DNA from: Cirrosporium novae-zelandiae
Taxonomy: Eukaryota
Reading direction: 5' to 3'
DNA length: 64,000 nucleotides
NCBI GenBank assembly: GCA_026023565.1
Contig: JAPETS010000007.1
Coordinates: forward strand, 620,001 to 684,000
In this document: piece after piece, positions 24,715-37,669 of the stretch
How positions within the stretch are numbered: position 1 is the stretch's first letter
Layout: every line of letters starts with the position of its first letter
Position numbers and translations under genes: made by a program
The notes under the pieces: generated by a model
What the model saw: the letters and a program-made list of their open reading frames with translations, nothing else
The model's database searches: none
Told to the model about the DNA's origin: nothing

Positions 24715-26414
24715 CTAAGAAGCTCGTGCCACGGGCTGTTGTATCCCTTGAGGTACAAACCCATTTCTTGGCGCAGATTCTTGGTCTCGAGTTGGGCCAC
24801 GGCGTGGTCCTTGACCACGGCCTCGCTGTGAACTGTGATACTGAAGTTGCCCTTGACCTCTACTGGAGCCATATTGGTTGCTATTGTAATTTCCCTGGCG
24901 GCGCTGCGGCTGTTCTCCATTGGGACGGTGTTGCTGGTTTAGGGCGTTGATCTGACGTTGGGGAGGAGGATTTGAAACGGGGCGTGGAATGTTTTCAGGT
25001 GAGTCGTAAACGTATAGCTTTTTATCAATGGATGGAGGAATGGGTTGGATTTCCGTTCCAAGTTCTTGTTCGATCTTATAAAGATTGAATCGGTCATCCC
25101 AGTTAATGAGATTAATAGCTAGACCTAGATGCCCAAATCTTCCAGAACGACCGATACGATGAAGATAGGTTTCGGCATTCTTCGGGAAATCAAAGTTGAT
25201 TACCACATTCACGGCTTGGATATCGATACCACGAGTAAGTAAATCGGAGCAAACTAGATTGCGGCACACTCCATTACGGAAATCATGGAATACACGATTA
25301 CGATTGTGTTGAAGCATTCTTGCATGGGAGTAAAAGCAGGAATAGCCGAGTTCGGTAATTTTCTTGGCAAGGAGTTCGACACGGTTGGTTGAGTTGCAGA
25401 AAATAATGGACTGATTAATCTGGAGTTTCGAGAAAAGTGTGTTCAAGCAATGGACCTTTTGCTTCTCCTCAACAAATGCATAGTACTGTGTGATTCCCCG
25501 TAGTGTGAGTTCGTCCATGAGATTAATTTCGTATGGATTGTCCATATGTTTATCCTGAAGCTGTTAGAATCATTTACATATAAGTTGGTTAAACCGGTCT
25601 TACCTTAAAAGATTTGACAATGAGAGGGAATGTGGCGCTAAATAACATCACCTGGCGGTCTTTGGGATGGAAAGTAAGAAGTTGCTCAATGACTGGGGTA
25701 AATTCAGGAGAGAGAAGTTTGTCCGCTTCGTCCATGACAAATATAGGACATTCAGAGAGATCTGCAACACCCTTACTGGCTAAATCTAGGATTCTTCCTG
25801 GAGTACCGACAATGATGTGGACAGCATCATTAAGACGAATGATATCATCCTTCAGACCAGTACCACCTGTAGTCACCATAACATTCACGCCTAAATGTTT
25901 CCCTAGTGTCTTACAGACTTGGGAGGTTTGTAGGGCTAATTCGCGGGTTGGTACAAGTATAAGAGCTTGCGTTTTGGGGTTCTTAGGGTTTATGCGTTCT
26001 AGAGTAGGGATGACAAAGGCAGCGGTCTTTCCTGTGCCATTTTTGGCCCGAGCCAAGATATCTCTTCCTGTGAGGGCGACAGGTATTGTTTCTTCTTGTA
26101 TAGGAGAGGGCTTTTCGAAACCTGCTTCAAAGATACCCATTAATAGTTCTCTTTTGATGTAAAATTCCTCAAATTCAAGTCCCTTTGTGTTGGTAACATC
26201 CTATGACAATTAGTCATGGCACTTAGTGATCTAAGACTAAAGCCTTACCTCAGTTTGCGGTCGAGAGTCTTTCTTCGGAACATTGAGCTGATCCCTCCAG
26301 TTGGATTCTGGTGTATTATCCCTATGCTCCATCAGTATTTGCCAAAGAAGACCATTGCTAGAGATCATACGCAAGTTTTGTATTGCTTAATTGCTCGGCC
26401 AATGCTGCCGACAT
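24715..26414 (-). CDS. DHH1: DEAD-box RNA helicase Dhh1/DDX6, multi-exon
   Basis: [53 protein letters not shown]-rich C-terminal tail. Confidence 0.98.
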
Positions 26415-27340
26415 TTTGCTATATTTCAGTTACTTGAAATGTGCAACCACGGCAATTGGTAGATAAAGTTTAGAAGGTTCGATGATCGTGATTCGCAAGC
26501 GGCAAAGTATTTAATAAGGAGGATATTTGATTGCGTTAGAGGTGAACTAAGGTGTGAGGTGGGTAAAGGTATGAGTTGTGCGGAGGTAAGGTGCCAAGTA
26601 GGGTTGATAGTGGTAAAATAGTGAGTTCTGTGTATGAAAAAGTAGTCGCAGTTTTTTGTGGGATGTGTGAATTGGTAGTGGGAAGGAACTGTTGAGAGCC
26701 AGAAAGATGAACGAAGCAGCTAATATGAAGGAGCTTGTCCAAGTTTTCGGTTTGTGGCAGGGTTTTTGCGCCAGCTGAAGATCTGTTGGAGATTCGGTTC
26801 TGGGCGGAGGTTTTGAACGAGTTGATGATGTTTGTGATGGTTAATTTTTTTAGAGAGTTTGGAATTACTCGAATCGTATCTTACGGAAGTTTATCACGTT
26901 GAGGGCGTTAGGAGTTGAGACAGAATAATTATTCAATTCTGTTCAAGAACAAATGATGGTGGTGATGGTTAGAATTAAGGTGTTCGATGGGGTCAATCCT
27001 CACCGCCTAACCCTTCTTGGTAACCATACCAGAATTCTTAATATTCTACTGTCACTCTTTCCTGCTATCTGCCACCTACGACTGATTGTTTATTTACACA
27101 AATGTGGGACACACCTAGATTTAAGTACTGTATTATCCTCTTCATCAAGTCTTCATTAACATTCCTCTAATCATAGCTTTGGGGTATTCTTAGCAAATCA
27201 CCACGAGACCTTATTTTTAGACCTCAATATTCACACAATTCCCTCACCAAAAGACACCCTTAAGTCTTTTGTATGATACCTTTAAACTAGAGCTACACAA
27301 CTCCAACAACGCACCACATAAACCACTTGAGCAATGTCTC

Positions 27341-30300
27341 TTAGAATGCAATCGTCTGCTGGCCCCGTTCAGGGGCCCTCATACTATTGGGGGTATTAGA
27401 ATTACCCTGAATAATAAGGAGTCGTCTACTTACCGAGTAATTTTCACATCTGGTCCAAACTCGGTCGGGATATCTTGAGGCGTGATGATAATAAACTGCC
27501 TTCCAGAAGAAAGCCTTGCGAACTCGACCTGGGAAAAAAATGGTGAGTTGATTATCACCACATACCCAAGCAGAACACTTACAATCATTCCCAGACTGAC
27601 TTTGCGATTTGCAGCATCCATAAACACGTCACTGAACGGATTAGCCTTTTTCCATATTGGGAAGCGTGGATACCTACAACTCATCTAGCCCTCGAATTGG
27701 AGCACCCATCGCCTCCCAGAGGGATAACAATAGGCAAATGGTAGAGAATGACTTTTCCCCACCTGAAAGCGTTTTTGTATCCCTTCCACCTCCACCTTCT
27801 TTGGTCTCGTCCGGTTCAACCTGAATTAAAGGTAAGCATATGAAAGCTGGCTACATTGATAACACTCACATGGATATCAAGTTCCCGCTTATTATGGTCT
27901 ACTAGCATTTTCCCTCGATAGGCTCGGTTGCTAAGAGCGTGAATCATTTGAATCCTTGCGCGGGCCACAATGTATTGTCGGATTTTTGTCCATTTCTCTC
28001 GACGGGTGTAACGGCATTTTTTCAATTCCTGTCGGCAGACTTAGGAAACATATATATGAAAACATTCAATGTAACTTACTTGTACCATTACTGTGTGGTC
28101 GTGAAACTGCTTCTTTGCTGTCTCGTATTGAGATTCTGCTTCGTATGCCGCTATTTCAAGTTGCTCGGGTGTGGCTTTCATCCTTCAAACTTAATTAGTA
28201 CCTAAAACAACTTTCAAGACTCAATAGGATCCATACGTCTTCCTCCAAGTTTCAAGTTCTTTCATCAACCGCTCAAGCTTTTGATCGAGGGTTGCTGCGG
28301 TCTCATTAGGAGGAACGTTGACTCGTTCTGAGACTTTAGAAGCACCTTCAATGAAGTTCGCCACCCGGTCATCCATTTCTTGCAATTTACCTTCTATTGC
28401 AAGTTTTTCCCCTTTCCAGTGGTTGATACCTTCGAAGGCTCTATTCTTTTCCCGAAGGGTTGTTTGCCGATGGTTTGCCGCCATAGTCACATCTACATCA
28501 GCTTCACGAGCTCCGGTAGATTTTTGTTCTATCATCACGTCGAATTCGTCAAGCTTGGCCTTGTATGCCCTCAACTGCTCTTTAACAGCCTCTCTCTCCT
28601 CGGCATTATTCGTATATTGGCCTTCGTTCAAGGATTTGGACGCCTCAGCTCGTTTTAGTTCTTCCTTGAGAGTGTCTAATCTAGCTTCTCGGCCAACATC
28701 TGCATCAATTGCATCTTGTAGTGGGCCTAGGTACGCCTCGGCCTGCTGCCATCGAACTTTCAAATCATTTTCCTGTTGTTGGTGACGGACTATTTCTTGC
28801 TTGCATAGTTTAACATTATTCCGAGTTTGGCGGAACTGTTGTTCGAGTGTGTTCTTCTCCTGTTGGAGTTGTTGTAGGGTTTGCCGCTGGAAACTGCAAA
28901 GCCTTGTCAGCTAAATACACTCAATTAAATGGATGTACAGACTTTATTTGCGCTTCTGTGTCTGTTTTCATGCGGGGCGAAGTGGGGTAAGGGCGGATGT
29001 AGCCCGAAGCAGCTTCCCCAAAACCTGTGTAGTAGAAACGGACGCCAGCCCCCCTTCTATGTGGGTTCATGCAGAAACATTGCTTGACATTTCTAAGCCT
29101 TTCGCCTTCGAACATAGTTGTGTGGGCTTCACTCCGATTCTCAATGAGAAGGGTTTGTTCAATTCCTTGAGTGATAATGAGTTGATTCCGTACCAGCTCA
29201 TTATCAATCTAAATTCAAGATTAGCATAAAAAAGTTAGTGGCAAATATTCACGTACCTGCACAATTCTTAATATTGTTTGGAACTCGGGGCTTGGTTCGT
29301 GATCTGAGGTATCGATGCAGTTTTTGTTGCCGATTAGGATCGGGCATTGACTAGAAACATCAGTTTTGCATAAGGTATAGCATATACGTAGTCCTATATC
29401 TTACCAACCTACTTTTCGCATAATAGCAGAAAGAATACTCTGGTCTCCTTTACTTGTAACAACAAAACCGTTCAGAATACCTCCGAAGGAAGTTTCAAGG
29501 ATTGAAGACCATTGAGGTTTGAGAAGCCGAATATGGTGAGCAACAGGTCCAACAGGGGCCTCGGAGAACCTAGTTTCCTGGCGAATTGCACGTAGCAGGG
29601 TGTCTATATTTCTAGGGAAAGCTGTAGTTTGTTGATGTCCTTGATCCTTCATTAAGGTACGAAGTCGGTCCTCGCATTGACGAATTTCCTGCTCCTTAGC
29701 ATCGATCGGTCGCATAGCTTCATCAACTGCTTTCTCGGCATCACGTAGTCGCATCTGAAGCTGATGGGCGTTTTCTCTGTGACGTTCATAGACCCGCCTG
29801 GCTTCTGCAGTCTCTGTCTGCTTTTCTTCAAACTCCTGGACTTTTCTAGCGTGACTCCCACCATTGATTTCTTCAAGCCGCCGGAGTTCTTCTTCGATCT
29901 CAGCCTTGAATTTCTGGATCTTGGAATTAGCACTCCGAATCTCGTCTCCGATGATTCTTTGCTCGGACTTGAAATAGTTAGCACTGCATTTAGAAACAAA
30001 TATTCAAAAAGGAGTTTTACTAAGAGTTTCTGCATTTCACTCCTTTTCTTAACATATTCCTCGTTTTCCTTCTCCTTATCTTTCTCAATGGGGCTTACTT
30101 CTGCCCAAAGTGCTTTAGCAGCATCCTCTGCCTCAGAGACACGCCTCTCAGCATCTTCAAAGGCTCGAGAAAGGGTCTCAGCTTTTGCTTCTGCCTCGTG
30201 GATATTCCTTTCAGCATCTGCAAATTCGGTTCGAACGTCATCTCTGACCTACTGAAATTAGTATAGATTATTAATCGGTATGTCCAAATATCAACCTTTT

Positions 30301-31546
30301 CCTGTTCTTCGACTTGGGCCCATGCCATCTGATGTTGACGCTCCGTAATTTTCGCACGTAGGCTAGTAAGCCGTTGGGCTTGCCGCAGTCGCTCTGCCGC
30401 TTCCAATTTCTTATTTTTAAGACTATCAAGAACATCATGCTTCTCCCCAAGTTTAGTATTCATTAACTCAGTGGTCTCCTCGAGGAGACGATAATCTTGG
30501 TCAAGTTGTTCTAGCTGAGTTCCTTTAACAAAATATCTGTACTTCTCTGATGGATTGGAGGTACCGATAAACTGTCGAGCCAAATCCTGCGAGAGGATGT
30601 TCATTGGATTGTCAAATTGTAAAGCAAAGTAGTCAATGATTTCTTGCAATTCGGCCTTCTTCGTTGAAATGATGCGGCCCATTTCAGATCTTAATTTGAA
30701 ACCACTCTGGCCATTTATAGTGAAATATCTTTCGACCGATATAGAGTCTCCATAGACATCATGTCGATAAGCGCTGGAACCAGTATTCTTGAGTTTGACT
30801 GTTACAGAACCGGACCTACACATGTCAGTCCCTCCGCTTTACCTATGCGGAAGACCCACATACTCTTCTCCCGTCTTAATCAACTTAGACAACTTCCCAC
30901 CACGATTTGTCGAGGTCGCTTTCCCCCCAAGACAAATAGTCAGTCCAGTAAGCACCGCACTCTTCCCGCTCCCATTTTGCCCGACGATGAAATTGATGAG
31001 TGGACCTAATGTAACTCGGAGATTCGAATGGCACATGAAGTTGATACATTGGATGGATTCGACGACACCGGCTTCTGCAATTGAATTTTGGAGATTCCCC
31101 CTCAACCGTTCAGCTCTCTGGTCATTACGCTGAGTTGCCCGTTGGGTAGCCAGCTCTTCAAGTTGCTCCTCCCTTGTTGTTCTTTTATCCCATACAGGTT
31201 CCTTTGCTTGTTCTCGGCGGAGGAAAGTGGGCAACTCTGACAAATCATGAGGAACGTCATCTTGCTGACTCCGGGTATCGTTCTCATCGCTACTAGAATC
31301 TTCGTCGTCACTAGAATTATCATCGTGTAGAGTTCTAGTTTCGCCGGTCGCTTGAGAAGCGACCTCCGAGAGTCGGGCTCTCTTCCTCTACATATTGTTA
31401 ATAGCATATAGGGAGAAGTAGTTCTGGGGACTTGCCGGAGCTTGTTGGAAATTGGACCTAGCTGTCGTCTCTTGTTGTAGATTTTCGAAATCGCCATCAC
31501 CATCATTACTAGCCTCACCACTTCGGAAGCGTTTGAGCGGCGCCAT
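27341..31546 (-). CDS. SMC6: Structural maintenance of chromosomes protein 6, multi-exon
   Basis: NFMCH, Walker A GQNGSGKSAVL, GGKATSTNRG, coiled coils, hinge PVGPVAHHI, LSGGEKSFST, LDEF|DVFMD, QFIIITPQ. Confidence 0.96.
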
Positions 31547-31580
31547 GGAGATATCTTTGGCAATATAGCGCTTGTGGTAA

Positions 31581-31614
31581 ACGCGAGATTGTTAAATACG
31601 CGTGGGGAACGCGA
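31581..31614. promoter_or_regulatory. Cluster of three MCB-like elements upstream of SMC6
   Basis: ACGCGA at 31581, ACGCGT at 31598, ACGCGA at 31609. Confidence 0.65.
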
Positions 31615-32065
31615 TCAGATTATCAATTTAGGGTTTAGGTAGTTTATGGGGAGATGCGCTTGTCAGTATTAGATCAAGTGTGGCGCAGTCGAGGTTCAGG
31701 TGTCGAGCGTTGAGCCTCAAGTCCTTCATTCTTCGATTTGAAATATACTAAGTACCTAGGTAATCCCGAGTGCCTCGTTCCTACCAATACCTCCCTTTAT
31801 CATAAGATTTATGCTTGTCTGCTTTCCTCTACAGAACATTATGTATAATAATTTACGAAACAAAATTTCTTACCTCGTAGCTTCCAGTTCGCTAAAGTTC
31901 CTCAAACAGGTTCAGCAGCAAGAAATATATATCTATATCATGACTCTTGCCTGACATGATTCTTCTCTTGAACCATCTTCTTTGTCCGTTCTTTAAGTTT
32001 CAGTCACTCTCTCTTTGTGCTTTCGGTCCTATCGTGATAAAAATCCTAGAAGATTCTGGATTTCA

Positions 32066-34889
32066 ATGGCTAACAGCTTTCCATTCGACAATGACGATCA
32101 CCCGCCTTGGGCGGAAGCCCTACTCCTGAAAATGGAAACTCAAAATTGCCTCCTGTCATCTCAAATACAAGAGCTTCAAGAACTACGCCATGCTGTGGGC
32201 CAAATGGACTCGAAAGCGAGGGAGCTTGATATCAGGAAGACAAAGTACAAGAAATATAAGCGGCAATGGCGTGAGGAAGTTTTGACTATGCGTGCAACAG
32301 ACGATGAGAGGCTATCCAAGTACCTTGCTTGGTCAAGAGCAATGCCCATTGAACACATACTAGCCCCCGAACGTACATGGAATGCCTGGTCGTATCGTGC
32401 TTCCTATCCTCATCTTGCTTCCTTACTCCCAAAGGCATCTTTGACAGAATGTTCACGCTCCCAGGTCTTGTGTGAGGATTTCGACCTCAACGGACAGGTT
32501 GCTAGATGGGGCTCTGGAAAGAAGCTGCTGGACCCTGCTGCTCTATGGGAAACTATTGGGACAAGAGGTCTTCGACCTGCTAATTCGGAAGGCGAGCACT
32601 TGTCTAGGCCTGTCCTAGTTTCTCGGATCCTCCTAATCACTGACCCCTCTCCGGTTGTCATATCACTCCTTCTAGGGTCGACTCCAAGGTAAGGAAATTT
32701 GCTAGCCTTCCGAACAGTACCCCTATAACGTTCGATGTAGAGTTGACCTTGCCTACGCTTCCCCCTTCGTTGAGAGATATCTGGCTTTTTCAAACTGGGC
32801 AAAATCAAATCTTATTGCTATTCGACGGAAAGAAGTTAACGCCTATAAATTCGAATACCATTTTGCTTTTTATTTTGTCCCAAAGACTGCCATGGACCGT
32901 GAATTAGCTATGAAGGACTTCCGCAGCATTCGAAGATCCGCGCCGTTCAGTCCAGGAAGCTCAAACCCATGCCGATTCATCTACGAGGAACAACTCTCGT
33001 TCCTCCTAGTTGGTCATGGATCAGATGTTTTTACGTGCTATCAGCTTGCCGAAAAGTATTTCGTTGGACCATACATACCTGATTCAGCTAGTGGCTCTCT
33101 TTTTCTTAATCCAGAGCCTCGCCATCTGCATGAATGGACGCCCTCCGCCATATTTCTTTCCTGGATTCTACGTTCTTTGCATCACGTTATGTGGAGGTGG
33201 CAAAATGCAATAGACGCTGTTGACGCCCAAGTCAACTCACCGTCCGAAGTTATCTTCTCTGATGATAATCCGGATTTGCTCTCAGATGACCCACAGTTCT
33301 CAAGATCCAAAACATACTTCTGGGCTCTTCAGGCGTACAAAATGTTTGAGGGTACTTTAGAATCAACAATTGAGACATGGGAAGTATATCGTCATGATAG
33401 TCTTCCGAAGCTGAACGATGATCGTATGGATCCCGAAAATTTCGATGCGTTGGTGAAGTCCATTGACGATGCCGTAGAGAAACTCCGCACGAAGTTATTC
33501 TGGTTGCGTAAAAAAAGTGAAGAGGTTAGGAATCTACGGGATGGGCTTTTTGGAGCCTCTTCATTATTCGATAGTCGGACTAGTGTTCGGCAAGGGAGCA
33601 ATATTCGACTGTTGACGTACATCACGCTGCTTTTTCTACCTTTATCGTTCTGTACGAGTATTTTTGGGATGCAAACTATACTCCCTACAACCCTGACTAT
33701 AAAGGCATTTATCATATCTCTTCCTTCGATTACTGTATTTACCGGTCTATTGATATTCAATTTGGAATATCTCATTAGCCAGCTGGACATAATTTTCCAG
33801 GCTGTCACAGAGAGAATGCGAGCCCATATGAGAGTAAGCCGTGCTGACTGGAGTAAAGTTGCCCAAGCTCTTGACCACGACAAGGCAGCAAACCAAATCC
33901 CAATCAAACGAAGGAAAAAAGAAAGCAGTCATTGGGCTTACTTTGGATTTCTAGTCGAGGCCGCATTCGTCTTTATTCCGGTCAGTGAGATCAAACGAAG
34001 CACTCGGATTTTGCGCCGCATCTTTAGAATTAGATTTGCCGCCAACCCGCTATTCGAGGGCCCCGATCACCAGAAGGATGAATATATTCAATCACGAGCC
34101 AAACGTATTCAGAAGGTCAAAGAGAAGGTCGCAGAGAGGGAAGCCAGTCGAACAGCTCACGAAGGCCAGCCTTTAGGAGCACTATCTAGCGGAGTCAGGA
34201 AAACTGGCAAGCTGATCAGCAACTTTTGTCGGATATTACTATTATCGATTTGGATACCACTTATCATGGGCGAATATATCGCGCTGCTATTCTACTTTGG
34301 ATTGATCCCACCAGGGTCCTGGGCATTGGAAATTGCCAATGCAGAAACAGTTCATATGTTACACTCGTGTGAGCAGCAACTGTCTGACGCGGAAAGCCAG
34401 AGCCCTTCTACTAAAAACACCCAAAACTGGAATAGACATGTTCATGTTCCAACATTCTTCAAGCTGCCTCTTGTCTGGCTGAGGTTCCTTCCTCGTGGTC
34501 GTAAGCCACAACCTACACCTCATATTCAACAAGCCCGCCCTGTCATAACAGGCATGAAATGGCCGGTATCCGTCCCACGGGCTCCACAGGTTTCTCCCTC
34601 CTCATTTTCACCTTCCTTATCTACACCACATATATGTATACCCGAAATCAAAATTGATTCGCCATCAGAGGTTGATATCTCATTAGCCAGAGAAAGATCA
34701 GCCGAGACTAACCCGGTATCTGAGAACTCGGGAGACGCTCAATCGTTTACGACAGACAATATGTGGCTTCGGGCAGACTCGTGGGATGGATGCCCAATAA
34801 AGCCGATGTCAAAGAAGCTCAGGAAAGCGACGCGACATCATGCTAGTGGACTGAATCCAAATTTTGATCACAACAGCACAGATTCTTGA
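32066..34889 (+). CDS. CorA-like Mg2+ transporter-domain membrane protein, about 923 aa (exons 32066-32688, 32741-34889)
   Basis: LRDGLFGASSL...QGSNIRLLTYITLLFLPLSFCTSIFGMQ is the fungal CorA-like transmembrane signature; DDPQFSRSKTYFWA. One intron joins two ORFs in frame. Confidence 0.85.
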
Positions 34890-37669
34890 TGGAAAACTTC
34901 GAGTAAGAGGATTAACAAATTTTAGGAGTTTATCTTTAAACATGATATCAGTATGAAGCGTTTTGATGGGACTTGAGCTTGGTCAAATTTTGCGGTGCGC
35001 CGAAGATGCATCGTTTCTCTCCTTATCAAGGGCTTCGTATATCTTCATTATCTAACATTGGGGGTAAAATAGTCTTGAAGGGTTTCTCCAATGTACATAT
35101 TTTCGTTAAGTTGAAGCCAACGTTCATCTTAACACCAAGGCATTCATTTCGTTTCTACAGAGCTTGACTAGCTGGCTAGCCAATTGACCACGTTACATTA
35201 CATACATCATCGGTTAAGAGAAGATATGATTTCTTACTAGATTAAAAGCATCCGCTGGTTAATAGGCTTGTTTCACCTCGTCCTATCCCGTATTTTCAGA
35301 TACATGCATAGTATTACCGTTTGCTAGGGGTTGAGTATTTCCTTTATTCTTCGAGATTCTTAACATTATGGCGTTGATTTTGCCTTTAGGAACTTACGTG
35401 GCCTTGCCTTACCTTTGTGGGAAGGTAGGACGTGAGGTACGAGTCCTGGGGAAAACATGATGGGGGTTTAGGGTTATAGGAACATAGGTACGGTGGGATG
35501 TACGGTATGGTGGCTATTACGGGTTCTGTAAGAATACTTCAGTTCCAGGTGTAGGTAGGTAGCCGGAGATGGTAGGATTGTTGTGAGGAATATTAGATAT
35601 ACGTCTTAGTAACGTTGATGTCAGCTTATTTGGTTCCGTTCACCTATTATGATTATTTCTTCCTCCTTGTATTATGCTGAGTCTAGCAAGATGCGAGATA
35701 AGGTGGTAGGGTGGTCCGCAAGGTGGTGTCCATAGTACATATGCTATAAGCGACAAGATACCAGCCATGAGTAAATTTCACGCTCTTTTTTCCCCTTATT
35801 GTTATTTGTGGGTAGTCGTTCATATAGCAATGATGATCTTTTGTAGCTTTTTTTCAGTTTCATTTCCATTTCATCCCAGATATTATTCCCTTTCTGCACA
35901 TGCTGTCGTGTTTTAATTGAGGCATTGTGAAGATTAAAATCTCATTGTAAGGAATGTATTCGCGTCGCATGCGGTAAGATTTGAAAATGGAAATAGGATG
36001 AGGCGGCCACTAGATTAGATGTCGTTCAAGATGTGGCGTATGGAGGTTTGAACGGGAAGTTCTGATTTCAATAGTTCACTTTAGACAGTTTAACAAATGC
36101 GGTGGGTTCCATGTTTAGAAAAGTCGTGCGCAAAGGCTTCCTGATTCACGCAGCAGTAACATGTAATATTTATAATAGCTATAAATATAGTCAGCACTAC
36201 CGATAGACATGAGAGAAAGGTATCCTCTCGAGAGTAATGAATCACTAAGATAATGTCAGACGCGGGGTCAAGGCAGAGTACTTTGTATTAAAGTAAGTAA
36301 GGATGGCGGATAAATTTCCAAGAAGATACCTTGTGCATCGGGTACCCAACTACCACGAAAATGGACAAACGCCAACCAGGGAAGAGATTCAGGACGTTCA
36401 AACAAGCTTCTTCGCAACCATGAGCCATAAGCCCCTCCTGCAGGATCAGTACCGGGGGGAAAGAGACCAGTGGCGGGAGGGGATAGAAGATGGTGTCGAG
36501 AAGGGAAACGGGTATACCGGCTAAATTGGTAAATTGGTGGCAGAATAGGTTCACACAAAGGTTTGATTAAACTTGAAAAGACGAATAGCCGACGAAGATT
36601 AAGTTGAAAGGTAAATTTCAAACCCCGATTCCAGTCCCGGTGGACGAAAGGAAGAGGAAAGAGCGTTTAGCGGTTATTTTGGTAGGTTCATACCATTGAT
36701 AACCCCCCGAGCAAGCTTACGAGTTTCTTCCAACCTTGGCACCACCATATCCATTTCTCAACAATCTAAGATAGGTCAACTCGGGAGAATAAGATGATTT
36801 GTCAGTAGAAATTCTCCGCTATCTTCTTTCTAGAGTATTTGATACTTTGTGGTGGTTAATGGAGGAAGAGTAAGGAATAACAGAGGGGGAAAGACAATAG
36901 CCGGGGCTAAAGGTGGAGGTGCGGGATGAATGCGGATGGCCCGTGGGGAAATGGCTGAAAGCCATTTCAGCCATTTCAGCCATGCCGCAAAATAGCCGTT
37001 ACAAGAACAACCTGTAAAGACTTGTACTGCTTCAATTGTGATTGTAATCAATTCCATGACCTTAATTCAACGACATTCTTTATTTTTAGTTGTACCCAAA
37101 AAAAAATATCCAAGTGGCTAATACCCAGCTTTGAGCCCCCACCTTACCCCGAACCCCGTGCCTTTAAAAACCCTAACCCCATATCTCTACCGCCTTCATT
37201 TTTCCTCATTTCCTTCCTCCTCCCCACAGATGGAAATCTCAATCCCAAGTTCCCAACAGATCCTCTCCATGCCTTGCTACCTAGTTGTTCCCGTACTTTA
37301 TCTCACTTCTTTATAAATATTTTCGGGAAAGAATATCTAGGCATCTAAAGGTTATATTCAATTCCATACCAATTATGACGCACGTCTACATATTAGAATC
37401 TAGCGCGTGAACTTTAACTGAATCAGCAGATCTGTCCTCCAAAGAGGATAATTAATTGTCTTCTAACTAATTGCATAAGGTGAGTATATCTATCAATGTT
37501 TATCAACGCCCATTCACCCCATGCTTTTGGCTATATAATATCAAAATCATAGGCAATCAGACACGATGTTCACTGAGGCCCACTAGCATATGCACAACGA
37601 AACATCCAACCCCTAATATACGATTACATGCTATACCCCATCCTTCTTGATCCTTGAATGTGAACGCGC

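Noticed and set aside
24687..24950. Alternative-frame and antisense ORFs overlapping DHH1 (similar ones overlap SMC6, the transporter and YTP1)
   Set aside because: Shadow ORFs of real coding exons; none has independent motifs.
35468..35476. TAACCCTAA as a telomerase RNA template
   Set aside because: A 9-mer alone is insufficient. No pseudoknot or CR4/5 was recognised, and there is little room downstream on that strand. Kept only as a test within the ncRNA finding.
36420..36445. GGGGCTTA resembling the RNase MRP 3' conserved region (minus strand)
   Set aside because: The matching upstream GAAAGTCCCC-type P4 strand was not found.
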